A stretch of DNA of 55,190 nt, the filler included, from Bipalium vagum (Eukaryota), in NCBI GenBank assembly GCA_037834085.1. It is 3 parts of 3 records of this genome, joined end to end, with 100 filler letters (N's around TTAATTAATTAA, not from the genome) between each part and the next. Parts side by side here need not be neighbours in the genome. Positions count along the whole stretch, not along the records: positions 1 to 23,931 come from JBBMKC010204710.1; 2 more parts are not named here. One strand, written 5' to 3'. How positions within the stretch are numbered: position 1 is the stretch's first letter; each line of letters opens with the position of its first letter. The translations under genes were made by a program, and so were the position numbers. Below are positions 11,157-23,350 of this stretch, piece by piece. The notes below the pieces were generated by a model. The model did no database searches. It was not told the origin of the DNA and was given only the letters and a program-made list of their open reading frames with translations.

Positions 11157-14100
11157 TTAAAATTTTGAAGAGATATACCTCTTCTGACGTGAAACGGAGC
11201 CGTAATAATGTTTGGACTGACATGTTTGGTCACAAATGAGAGGTTGGTCACTCAAATCCTCGTATTCATTGTCATTCATAGCGCGGAAGTCGTTTTCGTT
11301 TTCTTCGTGGACGACAATACCGTCGTCCAAAATGCGGTGCTCCGGATCGGAGTGTTCACAAGCGTTTTTAATCTCGACTGTGTGGCTGCCTTTACCAATG
11401 CAACAGCAAAACGAATCAACGCATTTTCGAGAGAAATTGTAAAGCCTCTGTTTGCGAAGACTCTTGTCGTAAATCAAATCACTTCGATACAACGGGGATT
11501 TGCTGGATTCCGGACACGAGTTGATAAAGTTCCAAAATACGTCGATGCAGAAAACAGACGAGTCCTGTTTCTGTTGTCATGGATGGAGGTTACTTTTATC
11601 AAAACATTCAAATTTTATAAAATCAATAACAGTTTTGAAATTTTAATTTTTCACGTGTGCTGATACAAAATCAATAAACAGTGATGAAGAACTTTGTTTG
11701 TCTAACCTTACATTAATTGGCAGGTTATCACAATTTTCGATATCACTTGACATCATCGATCACAAGAGATAAAAGGTTTTTTCCAGTGCAAATATTTTTT
11801 AATGATTATTTTTTGACCTTCACCTAATATATGATGAACGACTTAATTGTTCTGATTTTTTAAAACAATTAATTACAAAAATGTATTAATTTTTAACAAT
11901 ATCCTTAGAGAAATGTTTATTTTTTGTATTTTAAATTCATGAGTCAATGTTTTTAATCAATTGATTTCTTAACTCTTTGAGAGACAGGCACCTGTTTTCG
12001 CGCCTGTAACAAAATATCGAATTAGAGAGACGAAACATGCTGAATGAGGTAACTAGTTTCGGATTTTGAGTTGCTGGGCGTATGCAGTTAGATTTTTTGA
12101 GGTGGCTTAAGAAATAATCAACCATGCATCCAAGTATCAAAAATTGGGACACGTAATATCACATTGCCTCAGAGTTCATCAAAAAATTAGGCAACGTTAA
12201 AGTGAAATTCACTATTTATCGTTCTTAAAAAATCAACTTTAATCAATATATTTCCTTCAGATAAGATGAATAAACTGGAAAAGAAATAAGGTTCCAGGAA
12301 GGCCAGCATTTGGTAAAAAATACGGTCGATAAAGAAAAATCTCTATCTTTGTCAAATTTGGTCGGCCTAACAAATGTCCATAAAAAGTCAATTCAAAGAA
12401 TTCTCCAAGACCATTTGGATTTCAAGTCAATTACAGACAAACCACATGTTTTAACAATGAATACAAAAAAATCTCGCCAGTCCTTCTAAGATAATTGTTG
12501 AAGTGCTGTCAACGAGGAATGCGTAAATGACGAGAAATGGGTTTACTTAGACCTTTCTCCTCATTTAAATAATAAGGGGAACTGAATATTGCTTGTATAG
12601 ATCAGGTGAATTTCCGCGAAGAATCAATATGCCGAACTTTCACGGCGATATTTACATTTTATTACTCGAATATGTTAAATGTACCAACGCTGAAAGATAA
12701 ATGAAATTTGTTAAAAATGCGTTACGAAATTTGAATCTAAGATTAGGTGATATGGTAATATGGAGGATGCACGATAATGCTCCTCTCCATAGATCCTAAA
12801 GAACTTCTTTCTTCTGGCGATAGATTATTAAAGGAACCTGCTCACTCACTTGATCTCAATTTGCAGGTCAAAGAAAATATCAATCAATTTGTCAATACTC
12901 TGACCCCCATTATAATGCAAGAGAAATACAGGAACTTGGCAAAACATTCTGAACATGTGATACAGTGTAATGGAGCAACTATGTTTGTTAAGTGTAAACA
13001 AATGTTTATCTTTTTGCTTTATTTATTTTTAAAGCGGGAATTTTTTGCGCACTCCCCCTACATAATTGACTTTGTTTATTTGACCCAATGCACAATGGTG
13101 GGTAATTAGCAATGCATATATTATTTATTTTTGTCCTTCATTCTCAATGTACAAATTTTTTTATTTCAATAGAAAAAAACACGTAATCAAAAAAATGAGA
13201 AAAATGTTGGTCGATAAACGTTGAAAAGTAATTTTAAAAATATATTCTCATATATTTCAGAGTTACCCTTCCATCACAGGCCGTGTCAGTTTTCAGTAAA
13301 AAATGTTTTGACTTTGACCAGTTTTTGAATAAATAATCTGAGCGTCAAAAAATCACGAAAAACTGATCTGAACTTAGCTGATGTTACAAAATTTACAGAA
13401 TGCAGATCACATTTTAAGTACAGGATTTATTTAGATTCAGTAAATTTTTACAACGAACTTTGATACCGAAACTCACATTTTCAATTTAATTTTTATTTAT
13501 TAGAAAGAATTATCAAATTATATAATTAGAATAAATAATAATAATAATAAAAATAATAAAATTTTTCAAAAATTATACAACAAATTTATTGCAAAACAAA
13601 AAACAAAATCAATTAAAAGATAAAAATAGTCAATTAAAAATATAAAATTAAAATACAAAAATTTAAAAAAATGAGTTAGAAAAATAATTTAAGTAATACA
13701 AAAATTATGATTGTTATTATTAATCAATATTTTTGTATTGATATTTTATTATAAATTTAAATTGATCAATTTTTTTAATATTATTTATTAATTGATATTT
13801 TCATTGATTTTCAATTATTTTAATTTAAAATATTAATATTGTTTTAAAATTATATATTTTTTATTTAATATTTAATATTTAAATATAATTTAACATTTTC
13901 AAAATAAAACTTTATTTAATGACTGTTTACTTATTATTCTTATTCATATTATTTACTCTTCTCATGATCACCAGAACTTACATTAAAGGTGGTCACAACA
14001 ACCTTTCTACGCGTACATCACCTTATTTTCAGCCGAATTAAAACGACAATAAATAATCGCCTATTTTTATTGAAAGAATTTATTCGATAAAAGATATTTG

Positions 14101-17100
14101 TCAAACAAATCGTACAATACTGTAAAACTATTTTCAAAAGAATTTTGCAATTTCAGATCCTTGCTATCAATTATTTGAGAAAACGTGACCAAAATGGTTC
14201 TATAACACCATGATATTTAACTAGAGAGTAACTAAATATTCTTCCGGGCATCTTTTATCTGCACATAATAGTTTTATAGTTGGATTTTTTTTAATAGTTT
14301 CACAGTTGAAATTGGTTTGAATATTCAGATCTATCGGGACTGAACATATTTGTATAGAAACTAACGAAGTTTGAATCAATCGATATTAATTCTTTCATTT
14401 TTCATTACAAGTAAACGAGAAACCAAAAACTGTATTAGATGGAAAGATGAGAGTAACTAAATATTCTTCCGGGAATCTTTTATCTGTTAACACCGTTCAC
14501 GGGACCAATTATTAAAATCGATAACTCTTCGCGGGCCATTGCTGATAAATATCGTGCCATTTATTTATGATTGTTCTCAGGTTATCTTGAAAATCACCTA
14601 CTGTGCGCCAACCAAAACCCTTTTTTTTATTTTTCCACTTCTTCTTTTCTTCATTTCATTTGTAACTTGTTCCTAGCGGCCCCTTGGTGTTTCATAATAA
14701 CCAGGACAATTATAAAACTTCCTAAAAGAAACTGTTTCTCTGCTGACCAGATTTAGTGAGTATTTCTTTTTTTAAGACCAGTGCACCAATAAAAATAAGT
14801 CCTCCTGGCGTATTTTAGAAGGCGTATTGTTTTAATAAAAACGGTATCACTTGCTTTTTACTATTCTCTCAAAACCAATAAATGTTTTCACTATCTTTTG
14901 GCAATCTAAATCTTTAATATCCTTGTTTTAATGTTTCATGCTCCCGATATTTTTATTATTTTAATGAAGTATTTCTGAAGAGCACTATGAACCAAGACAT
15001 CTGTTTAAGAATAGAGAAATTATATCGGTTGTCATCTCACGTCAATAAAACCAGAAATATTTATGGAAATTGATCAGTTGAGAAAGACAATTAATAAAGG
15101 CATAAGACAAGATTCCTTGTTTTTATTTAATAATTGTTTTATTTATTTTTATCTTTAAGCACTGATTGAAGAATGTTTAATCGATATATCAATATGCATA
15201 AAGACACAAAATTTGCTTTATTCAAATTAAAAGAACAATTACCAACAACTTAACTTCTGTCACAAACGGTGTCATATCTGAAATGATCTTTCACTGATTA
15301 CGTGGGTCGAAACGTTGCATAGAGTACGTCAAGGATTATGTCAAAAAGTTTGATGTTGGTCATTTTTTCGTTCTCAGTACAAAATCCAAGAACATTTTTA
15401 ATAAGATCAATTTATTGAAAGAGAGGAGCCACATTTTAAAAATTGGCTCAAATGGAATTATAATTCCCATATATCAATACATTTTATATTCATTTAGCTT
15501 ATAGTTAACTTGTAATGAAAAATAGAAAAAGTTAACACTGGTTTTTATATAATTTATCTTTTTCCTTTAACATTTTATGCAATTAATTATATATTAATAT
15601 ATGATGAATTATAAAAAGAATAAAAAAAATTATAAAAAAACAATAAATAATAATGACAAAAAAATATAATAATCAATAAAAATATTGGGATAATAATAAT
15701 AATATTCAATAAACAAAAAAATATAATGTTAATGATAATCAATAAATAAAAAAATATAATTATAATAATAATCAATAAACAAAAAATATAATAATCAATA
15801 TATAATAATAATAATATAAAATCATGAAGGAACCAATAGTGAGACATACCTGCACTTGATTGTAGGCTTCGATAATAATTGTGAGAATCAGATTGAGCAC
15901 AACAAAAATGAAAAGGAGGCAGAACAAATAGACAAAAAATTGAGAAAAAACAAATATAACAGGGTCGGCCTTGTCGGTAATTGAAAGAGTGACGTACATG
16001 TCGTCACCGTTCATTAACGAGAAAAGACAGGAGATCGAGCTGATAAGTGTTCGGAATTTGAGATGGTATGGACCGAGAATGATCCAACCCAAAAGGGAAA
16101 AGGCTAAATAGAGAATAGTGGAACACAGTGAAAATCGTAGCAGTGGTGGTGTTGCGGCTCGGATTGTGTTGATGAGAATCTAAACGAGAAAAACCATTGA
16201 AGAATTGAATTGAGTAAGTAAATACAAAAGACAACGGTGATCTTACACTGCTTTTGGGATAATAGCTGAAATACCGGATCAAAGCCAGATAGGCAAGGAA
16301 GACGCCGATTCCGAGAAAGTACGTGCAGCTTGAAAAGTTGGCAACCCCTTTCTTAGACTGTTGGACGGCAGAGCGAAAATAGAACTCAAAAATAATCAAT
16401 AAATATTTCTAACCACCATTGAATAAAGCTGTAGCTTGATAATTGTTCCACTAATGATAAACAGGTCTCCGAAAAAGAGGACCATGTAAGAAACCTTAAT
16501 AAAATGGCTTCGTTTGTCGGTGATATCTACTCCCATTTCAGTCAAAAAGAAATCTTTGGCTTCCTGAAACATGAAAGCATTGTCAACTCGGTTACGTCAC
16601 AGTTCCATTATATAACCATACCCTCCAAAATCTGTACAATTTCACCACAGAACGGCAACAAAGAACAAAAGATAAAATACTGAAACACAGAGACAAAATA
16701 TCAATCGATAAAATAAAGTTATTGATCGTGTATCCGACAGAATTATTCGGATCCAGATTTTTACAGGTTAGTTCCGTCATGTCGGAGTGCAGATCGACCA
16801 ACACTTGACCATTGTGCTTGGTGTTATCAAAATTGATCTGAAAGTATGAATGAAAAAATCGACCAGGATTATTTCAGTGATCAATTTGAAAAGGGTAACT
16901 TACAGATATATCGAATTGAAAACAATCGGGAATCTGATCCTTTTGAAATGACGTCAACAAAATCGTTCTTAAGCTAAACTGGATTTTGGCTTCTACTAAG
17001 CTGAAACGTAAATAGTCAATGAGAACCTTTTACACATTTCACGGAAGTTCACAGACAACGAACCCAGTTTTAGTACATTATCTATCGAACTATAAACTTC

Positions 17101-20100
17101 GCTAGTTACAATACTAAGACCGTGCACAGTGAACGATCGATTTTTATAAGTTCAACAATTACAGCGTTCTACCTATTTTTATGTTTTTTTTATGATCCTA
17201 GATATTATTATAATATTTCTTAAAAACACCAATGTCAACATTTGATGATCAAATGGTAATTCAATAGAGACCATAATTTTATTTCTAAAAATTCCAAGTA
17301 AACAATTTTGGACAATTTGTTTGCTGATATTTAACTGCAATTCTATTGGTTGAAAATGTTGACATAATTCAATTGGAAATATTGATCGAATAATAACTAC
17401 TGAATCCAAAATAATATCTAATGAATATATTATATATAGATTTAAGATATTGGCTTAATTTTCTTATTTATTATTATTCTCTTATAAGAATTTTGATTGA
17501 CTTAATATCTTTAAAAAAGACTTAATTGGATAACTTTTGAAGTGGTCGATAATATTCATAGTAATAAAAAATATAATAATGTTGAATAATAATAATATTA
17601 TAATTACTATGAAAAAAAATACAAAATAATATTAAATGATAATATAAATTAAACATAAAAAAATAAATAAAAATAATATTATTACTAGTGATAATAATAA
17701 TAAGTATAAAAATTATTATTATTATTATTAATAAAAAATAAAACTATAATTAATATTGCTACAATGAATAATAATATAATATAAAAAAGTATAAAATAAT
17801 AAATAATAATAAATTTCATGTACTCAAAAAGTTAAAAAATGTGAAATTTCATCATAACTAAATTATTATTGATTTATTATTTTTAATTAAATGATTATTT
17901 TGAATGAAACTTTATTGGAGTGTTTTGCAAGGTTATTTTTTTTTAATAAAACTGAAATAATTTTATTTTAAGTTTTATAAAAAAATTCGATATTTTTTTG
18001 TAAAAATCAATCAATAATCAACCTAAAAAGTTTGATTAGTTTTGTAAAAACCAGTTTGCTTTCGATTTTGACCTAAGCCAATTCTGAATAGTCCCTAAGA
18101 TAAAGTTCGTTCTTATGCTCTTAGACCAGTATTATAATTTTTCCATGAGCCGCTCATTTCCTCTTATTAACTTTTCGTATGTTACCTTTGTAAAGTTCTG
18201 TATCGATGAAATATTTTAAGAAAAATAAAGTTTTAAAATATCAACGGAGAACAATAATACAAAGCCGCACAAAATAACATTAATGGTAAAAATGAAGAAA
18301 CTTACCCATCGAAATCAATGGAAAAATTCATTTTTTCTAAGTACTCTTTCACGTTGTACGACCACTCAGATCCATTGGGAGGCAGAAATGGTTTCAACTC
18401 AATCGTCCCTTTAGATAAAATATACATTTCTTCTTTCATTGTTAATATTAATTGTTTACAATTTTTATTTTTTACCATCAACGAAGTGACGGGATGCATG
18501 TATTAACCTTTTCAAAGTAAAATATTCATAAAAACCGGAACCGAGTTCACAATCACAAGTGTCATTGCATTTACATTTTCAAATTTTACTTTAACAAAAT
18601 ATTTATATCTCATTAATAAAAAAATATTTTTGATAACATTTTTTATTAAAATAATTATTTTAAATGAAAGGAAATGAAAGAGACTCGGGGCGGTAGGGTC
18701 TGGATAAAAGCTTTAAAGGAGGGGGATGTCAGATAAATTAATTAATTTTCAACTAAAATGGCGATCACACCAGGATACCAACTAGCGGATAAGGTCCCGT
18801 AAGTGAAAAGGAAAGGAAAAAAGGTAAGGGACTCAGGACGGTTCTGGGCCTGTGAGCAATTAAAGAAAGCGGATGTGAGATAAATCGAAAATTAGTCGGG
18901 GGATGTAGCTCAGCGAACAGAGCGGTCCATGAGCATGTGAAAGGTCATGGGTTTGAATCCCGGTATCTCCAAATAATTTTCATCTAACAATATTGATTAT
19001 AATGATGTTCCTGGAGAGGTCGCCAAATTTAAGATATTTTTTAATAATTCATTTAGTAACTTCAACAACCTCAATATTCAAACAACTTTTAATCAAACTG
19101 CGGGATTAAAATGTGATGATTAATTTTAGAAAATACTTTCAAATTTGAACATGATTAATTCATAAAATTTTATAATCCTCATACATATGTTATTTAAAGC
19201 AAAAAACGTTTGATTAAATTTTAACTAGTTATTATTTTATAAAGCTGCACTCTATATGCATCAATATGTTATAAGTAAAATACGATTTTAAAAAATTAAA
19301 AATGCCCATGGTCTGATTAGTCTTCTTATAATTAATATAATTTTATTGATTAAATATAAAATATATATTATATCAATTTCTAATACTGCTGTCACACTGG
19401 ATTTTGATAATAAATATATTGATATTTTTATTAGTATTATAACGATTTTTAGTTAGATAATTAAAAATGATTATTTTAATATAATTATAACGATTTTCAA
19501 TATTAAAATTGAAATGGTTAAAATTTTTTGAGTTGGTTAATTCCAAAAAAACGATCTCCATTATCACCGACACGAGAAACAGATAACAAGTGCTTTAGAG
19601 ATATAAGAGTGTTCCATTATTATTATTATTATTATTATTACTATTTCAAGTGATTGTGTCAGAGTATTACACCATTTTTATCAAATCGATTTTCACCGGG
19701 TTTTTGGTGATTTTTTATTGTGACGAAAAATTGGAAAATATTTGACATTTCACAAAAACTAAAACCCTTCTAATTTAAATGGCGGATAACTATCGATTGA
19801 GTTATTTATTGATATTATTATTATTATCGGTTATTTATTAATTTCTTATTAATAATAATAATAATTCATGATTTATTTTTAAAATTATCACTATTAATTA
19901 TTATTTTGTTGTTTTTATTATTATCAATATCAATTATTATTAAATATTAATATCAATTTTTATTTATTAATTTTTATAATTATTTTTATTTTACCATTAT
20001 TATTATTATTTTTAATAATATTAACTGTTATAAATTATTTACTTTCATAATTATAATTAGCAAATACATTTTATCATTATTATTAATTATTATCGATTAC

Positions 20101-20748
20101 GGACGAGGCATTTTAGAAATATACAAAACGTACTTTTTCTGATTTTATTCGAAAAAGAATAAGTTGAGTTTGAGGGAGAAATGCTTTTGATTGGATAAAA
20201 AAAAACAGTCAAGTTCATCTGAGGGTTGTCGTCGTCTGTATATCCGTAAGCGCCGAGCGCATGATCCTTTAATTTATAATACTAAGCAAAACTCTGAACG
20301 TAAGTCAACTCGACAAGTACATGGACTCACAGTCTCCAATGCATGAGCAGAGAAGGTATAAAAATCGTGCACCTTATATATGGCGAACGGTCCAGTACTA
20401 GGCGGATAAGGTAATGTTTCGTAACTGGCATCCCATGTTGATAAAAATAGATGATTGAAAGACGTTTTCGATCCTTCAATGAACGAAACTTCGTTCGCAT
20501 TGTTATCACTGAACAGAATGAGCTAATAATGAAAATCATAAAATATTCAACGTCACAAGGAATATTTTCACCTGAGTAGTTAATATTATCAATTTAACGA
20601 TGATCAACACCAATTTGATGGGAAGTGTACCCTTTGCTTGCCATTTCTCTTTCGGATTCATAAAATGGTAGCGTAAACTCCGACGCATTCTCTCCTGCTC
20701 TTTCGTCAATCTCCTGTCGTTTTCATTAATATTCTCATTGACATGCAT
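11157..20748 (-). CDS. MCOLN: Mucolipin / TRPML lysosomal cation channel, 10 exons
   Basis: Approximate exons: 20748-20572, 20523-20331, 20282-20133, 18408-18306, 17000-16904, 16837-16622, 16563-16417, 16358-16248, 16179-15850, 11570-11157. Motifs: LRYHFMNPKEKWQAKGTLPIKL, YPPSTGPFAIY, IPDCFQFDISINFDNTKHNGQV, GWIILGPYHLKFRTL, pore CLFSLMNGDDMY, S6 LFIFVVLNLILTIIIEAY, and C-tail FINSCPESSKSPLYR...SFCCC. Confidence 0.94.
12130..13062 (+). mobile_element. Degenerate Tc1/mariner transposase with a probable right TIR, inside the last MCOLN intron
   Basis: SIQRILQDHLDFKS...PHVLT, NDEKWVYL (cf. TGDEKW), MHDNAPLH (cf. HDNARPH) and EPAHSLDLN (cf. PPYSPDLN). Ends gcgggaattttttgcgcactccccctaca-ta. Confidence 0.85.
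14224..14487. repeat. 38-bp direct repeat pair
   Basis: gagagtaactaaatattcttccggg(c/a)atcttttatctg at 14224-14261 and 14450-14487. Confidence 0.9.
15020..15140 (+). mobile_element. Short non-LTR (RTE/L2-like) reverse-transcriptase scrap
   Basis: INKGIRQDS-LFLFN resembles the RT motif GIRQGDSLSPLLFN. Confidence 0.35.
15285..15337 (+). ncRNA. Degenerate type I minimal hammerhead-ribozyme-like motif (Penelope-type)
   Basis: gatcttt-ca-CTGATTA-cgtgggtc-GAAACGTtgc-ataga-gtACGTC-aaggatt. It has a CUGAUGA-like box with one mismatch, GAAA, stem III ACGT/ACGT, a GUC triplet and stem I gatcttt/aaggatt. Stem II is poor. Confidence 0.35.
15590..15825. repeat. Degenerate AT-rich minisatellite (~30-bp units), start of the long last MCOLN intron
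   Basis: Repeated aataatcaataaa(c/t)aaaaaa(a)tataat units. They explain the spurious I/F/Y-rich ORF 15587-15847. Confidence 0.75.
17200..17545 (-). mobile_element. Possible highly decayed Helitron PIF1-helicase fragment
   Basis: YPIKSFLKILSQS...SVVIIRSI..LC...LQLN...ITI*SSNVDIGVFKK loosely follows Helitron YPxEFLNSL...MLIRNL..GLCNGTRL...PRIxL..S...FKR. The match is by eye only. Confidence 0.25.
18665..18890 (+). repeat. Two degenerate direct repeats resembling gypsy PPT/LTR junctions
   Basis: gactcggggcggt..ggtctg..taaaggagggggaTGTcagataaat versus gactcaggacggt..ggcctg..taaagaaagcggaTGTgagataaat: a polypurine tract followed by TGT in both copies. Confidence 0.5.
18899..18971 (+). tRNA. tRNA-Ala(AGC) pseudogene or tRNA-derived SINE head, antisense within an MCOLN intron
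   Basis: GGGGATGTAGCTCAG...AGAGCG...gAGCat...GGTTTGAATCCCGGTATCTCCA, 73 nt, with the Ala G3:U70 acceptor stem. D-loop, anticodon stem and B-box (TTT for TTC) are mutated. Confidence 0.75.
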
Positions 20749-21188
20749 GATTGGCTTCTTCAACTGTTTTGTTTATTATTTGATTAAGATTACCAACACC
20801 CGAATAGAATCAAAGCTCAGGAACATGAATAAATTTAATTTTATAAATATATGAAGGTCTTTATTTAGTATATTTAAACAAACTGTTTCAAAATATAAAA
20901 TTTAATAATATTTGTTTGAAATGAAACTGTTGTGTTACTTCATGTATTTCATTATTTATAATAATTTATAATTTAATTTTACATTTTAGTAAATCCGGAA
21001 TTCAAATAATTTACGATATTTTTCTTTACTTTATATTTCTTTCAATTGAAATTATATTTAATGATATATATCAGTTCATTAAAAATCAATAAGAATGTAA
21101 TATTAAATTTCATTGTAAGACAACATTTCTTTAAAATCTTAAAGTGTGATAATTACAGGAGATAAATATATTAAAACTAGATTCAGTT

Positions 21189-22400
21189 AATATATAAACT
21201 AGGAACCTGATATTTTCAGGGTCACCTTTTGTTTATATACATTAATTTTTGTAAGTTAAATTTTGCAAATTTTAATATTATTAGGAAAATTAATTTTTTT
21301 AGATTTAGAGAACAGAATAAGGTCCTTTTTAGGGCCCAAAATCATGATTGTTTAAAAAGAAAATGCTTTTTTTATAAAATCAGTCATATATTGACATTGC
21401 AATAATCATCTTACGTAGTTCTGCCTGATTTTGTCTCATTGGAATTCCGATAATCTTACAATGGAAAAATGTCAACGGAAAATAGTCAAATTGAATCCCG
21501 TGTTGCCCATTGATTCCGTTCTGCGAGGATTTTTGAGTTATGGCTTATATGGAATCAATCATTCTAAAAATGAAGCAGAAACGGAAATTATGCATAGCCT
21601 TGTAAAAAACCATGTCTATGAGCAGTTTACTTTGGTCGTACTATCATTTAAAAGATATAGCTTGTTAATGAAAAGTTTTGAAATGCTAAATGAACTTCCC
21701 TATCTTCATTCAATTGTGATCTTTTTGAATGATCAAAGTCTTCCGGAGATAGATTTCAAAATTACCCTAGTTATACATGGACATAAAAATGGTGAAAGTC
21801 GAACAGAATAGGCTGAATAACAGATATCTGTACTTAGACTGCAAGTGGTTTGTACTGTAATTGAGGTCGTAGAGGTTTTTGAAAGCCAAAGGTATGCCAT
21901 CATCAAGATTTTTAAATTTAATTTTAAAATACATAAATAATATGTTAATTTGAGTATTATTATATGAAATAGAATGTTAAATTAAGACAATTTAGATATT
22001 TCCATCAATATATGAATAGATTGGAGCTCGATTTCAATCCTAAGCAATTGATGTCGAAATAGAAAGTATTATTCCCGGCTTCCTTTTGGATCTCGTCGCT
22101 GATGTTCTGGAAATATTTAAGAAAAAATCTATTGTCGTTAAGTTTTTCAGATCAACTGAAGCGGTAAAGTTTAATAGACAAAATGATGATTATTGAAGTG
22201 ACCATATAAAACTGATTTTAAAAAAAAGCAATTTTTATAAAAATTCATGATTTTGGGCCCTAAAGAGAACCTTATTTTGTTTCCTTAATCTAAAAAAGTA
22301 ATTTTCGTAATAATATTAAAATTTACAAAATTTAACTTAAAATTAATTTATATAAACAAAAGGTGACCCTGAAAATATCAGGGACCTAGTTTATATATTT
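21189..22400. mobile_element. Non-autonomous TIR element (~220-bp TIRs) carrying captured gene fragments (Pack-type)
   Basis: 21189-21410 (tatataaactagg..cctgatattttcagggtcaccttttgtttatata...tagggcccaaaatcatga...caataatcatc) matches the reverse complement of 22186-22400. No transposase lies inside. Confidence 0.88.
21490..21835 (+). pseudogene. Exostosin (EXTL3-like) GT64-domain N-terminal fragment, frameshifted
   Basis: NPVLPIDS...EQFTLVVLSFKRYSLLMKSFEMLNELPYLHSIVIFLNDQSLP, then in a shifted frame VKVEQNRLNNRYL. Compare EXTL3 DPVLPSEA...[37 protein letters not shown]...VRTEKNSLNNRFL (recalled, not searched). Confidence 0.85.
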
Positions 22401-23350
22401 ACCATTTTCGACATTATCGATTAAAATTAACATTTATAAGTATAATATATTGGTTTAAAATATGTTTTAGAGATTTCTAAAAACACATTAAATTTAATTC
22501 AATGCCTTAGTAAAAAACAGTATAAGAACAAAAATATCTTGTTTTAATAAAACTTTGCTTCACTCAGCCAATATTTTATTCTTTATTATAATTATTTATC
22601 AGAATAATTCTTATTCGTCAATATTATTTTTAATATTAAACAAGTTAAAATATCACGAATTGTTGTTTAGGTCGGTTTAAATGCAATATTTATTTACAAA
22701 TATTTTATTCAAAATGTCAATTTAAAAAACTTAATCAAAAATCATTTAATTAGAACTATTCAATTATTTTAATAAGTGCATTTTCAATAAAATATAATTT
22801 AATATTTATAAAATTAATAAAAAGTTAATAACATTTATTTGATTTAAATTTAATATCTTTTAATTTAATATTTAATATTAATTAATTAATATTAAAATAT
22901 TTTAATATATACATTATATATAATATATAGAAATATTATTATAGAAATATATTATTAAATTCAAAATTTTCAAATTGATATAAAAAAGATTTAAATTAAA
23001 TTAGATATAAAATATTTGAATTAATAATTATTTTAATAATAATAATTGTTATTATTATTTTATTTAATTATTATTATTATTAAATTAATTATTATTATAA
23101 TTATTATTTATTTTTTTTAATTATTATTTTATTAATAATAATTTTAAAATATTTTAATATAGTAAAAAAATTATTGAAATATGTAGTATATTAATAAATT
23201 TAAAAACTTTAAATTTAAAATACTTCATTGAATTTTAATATAATTTTAATGAACCAATTAAATTATTTAAAAATAAAATTAATCAGAATACTTGCCACAT
23301 TAAATCGTTGATTTGGATATTTTCAAGCAAAAAGTATACAACCAATTAAG

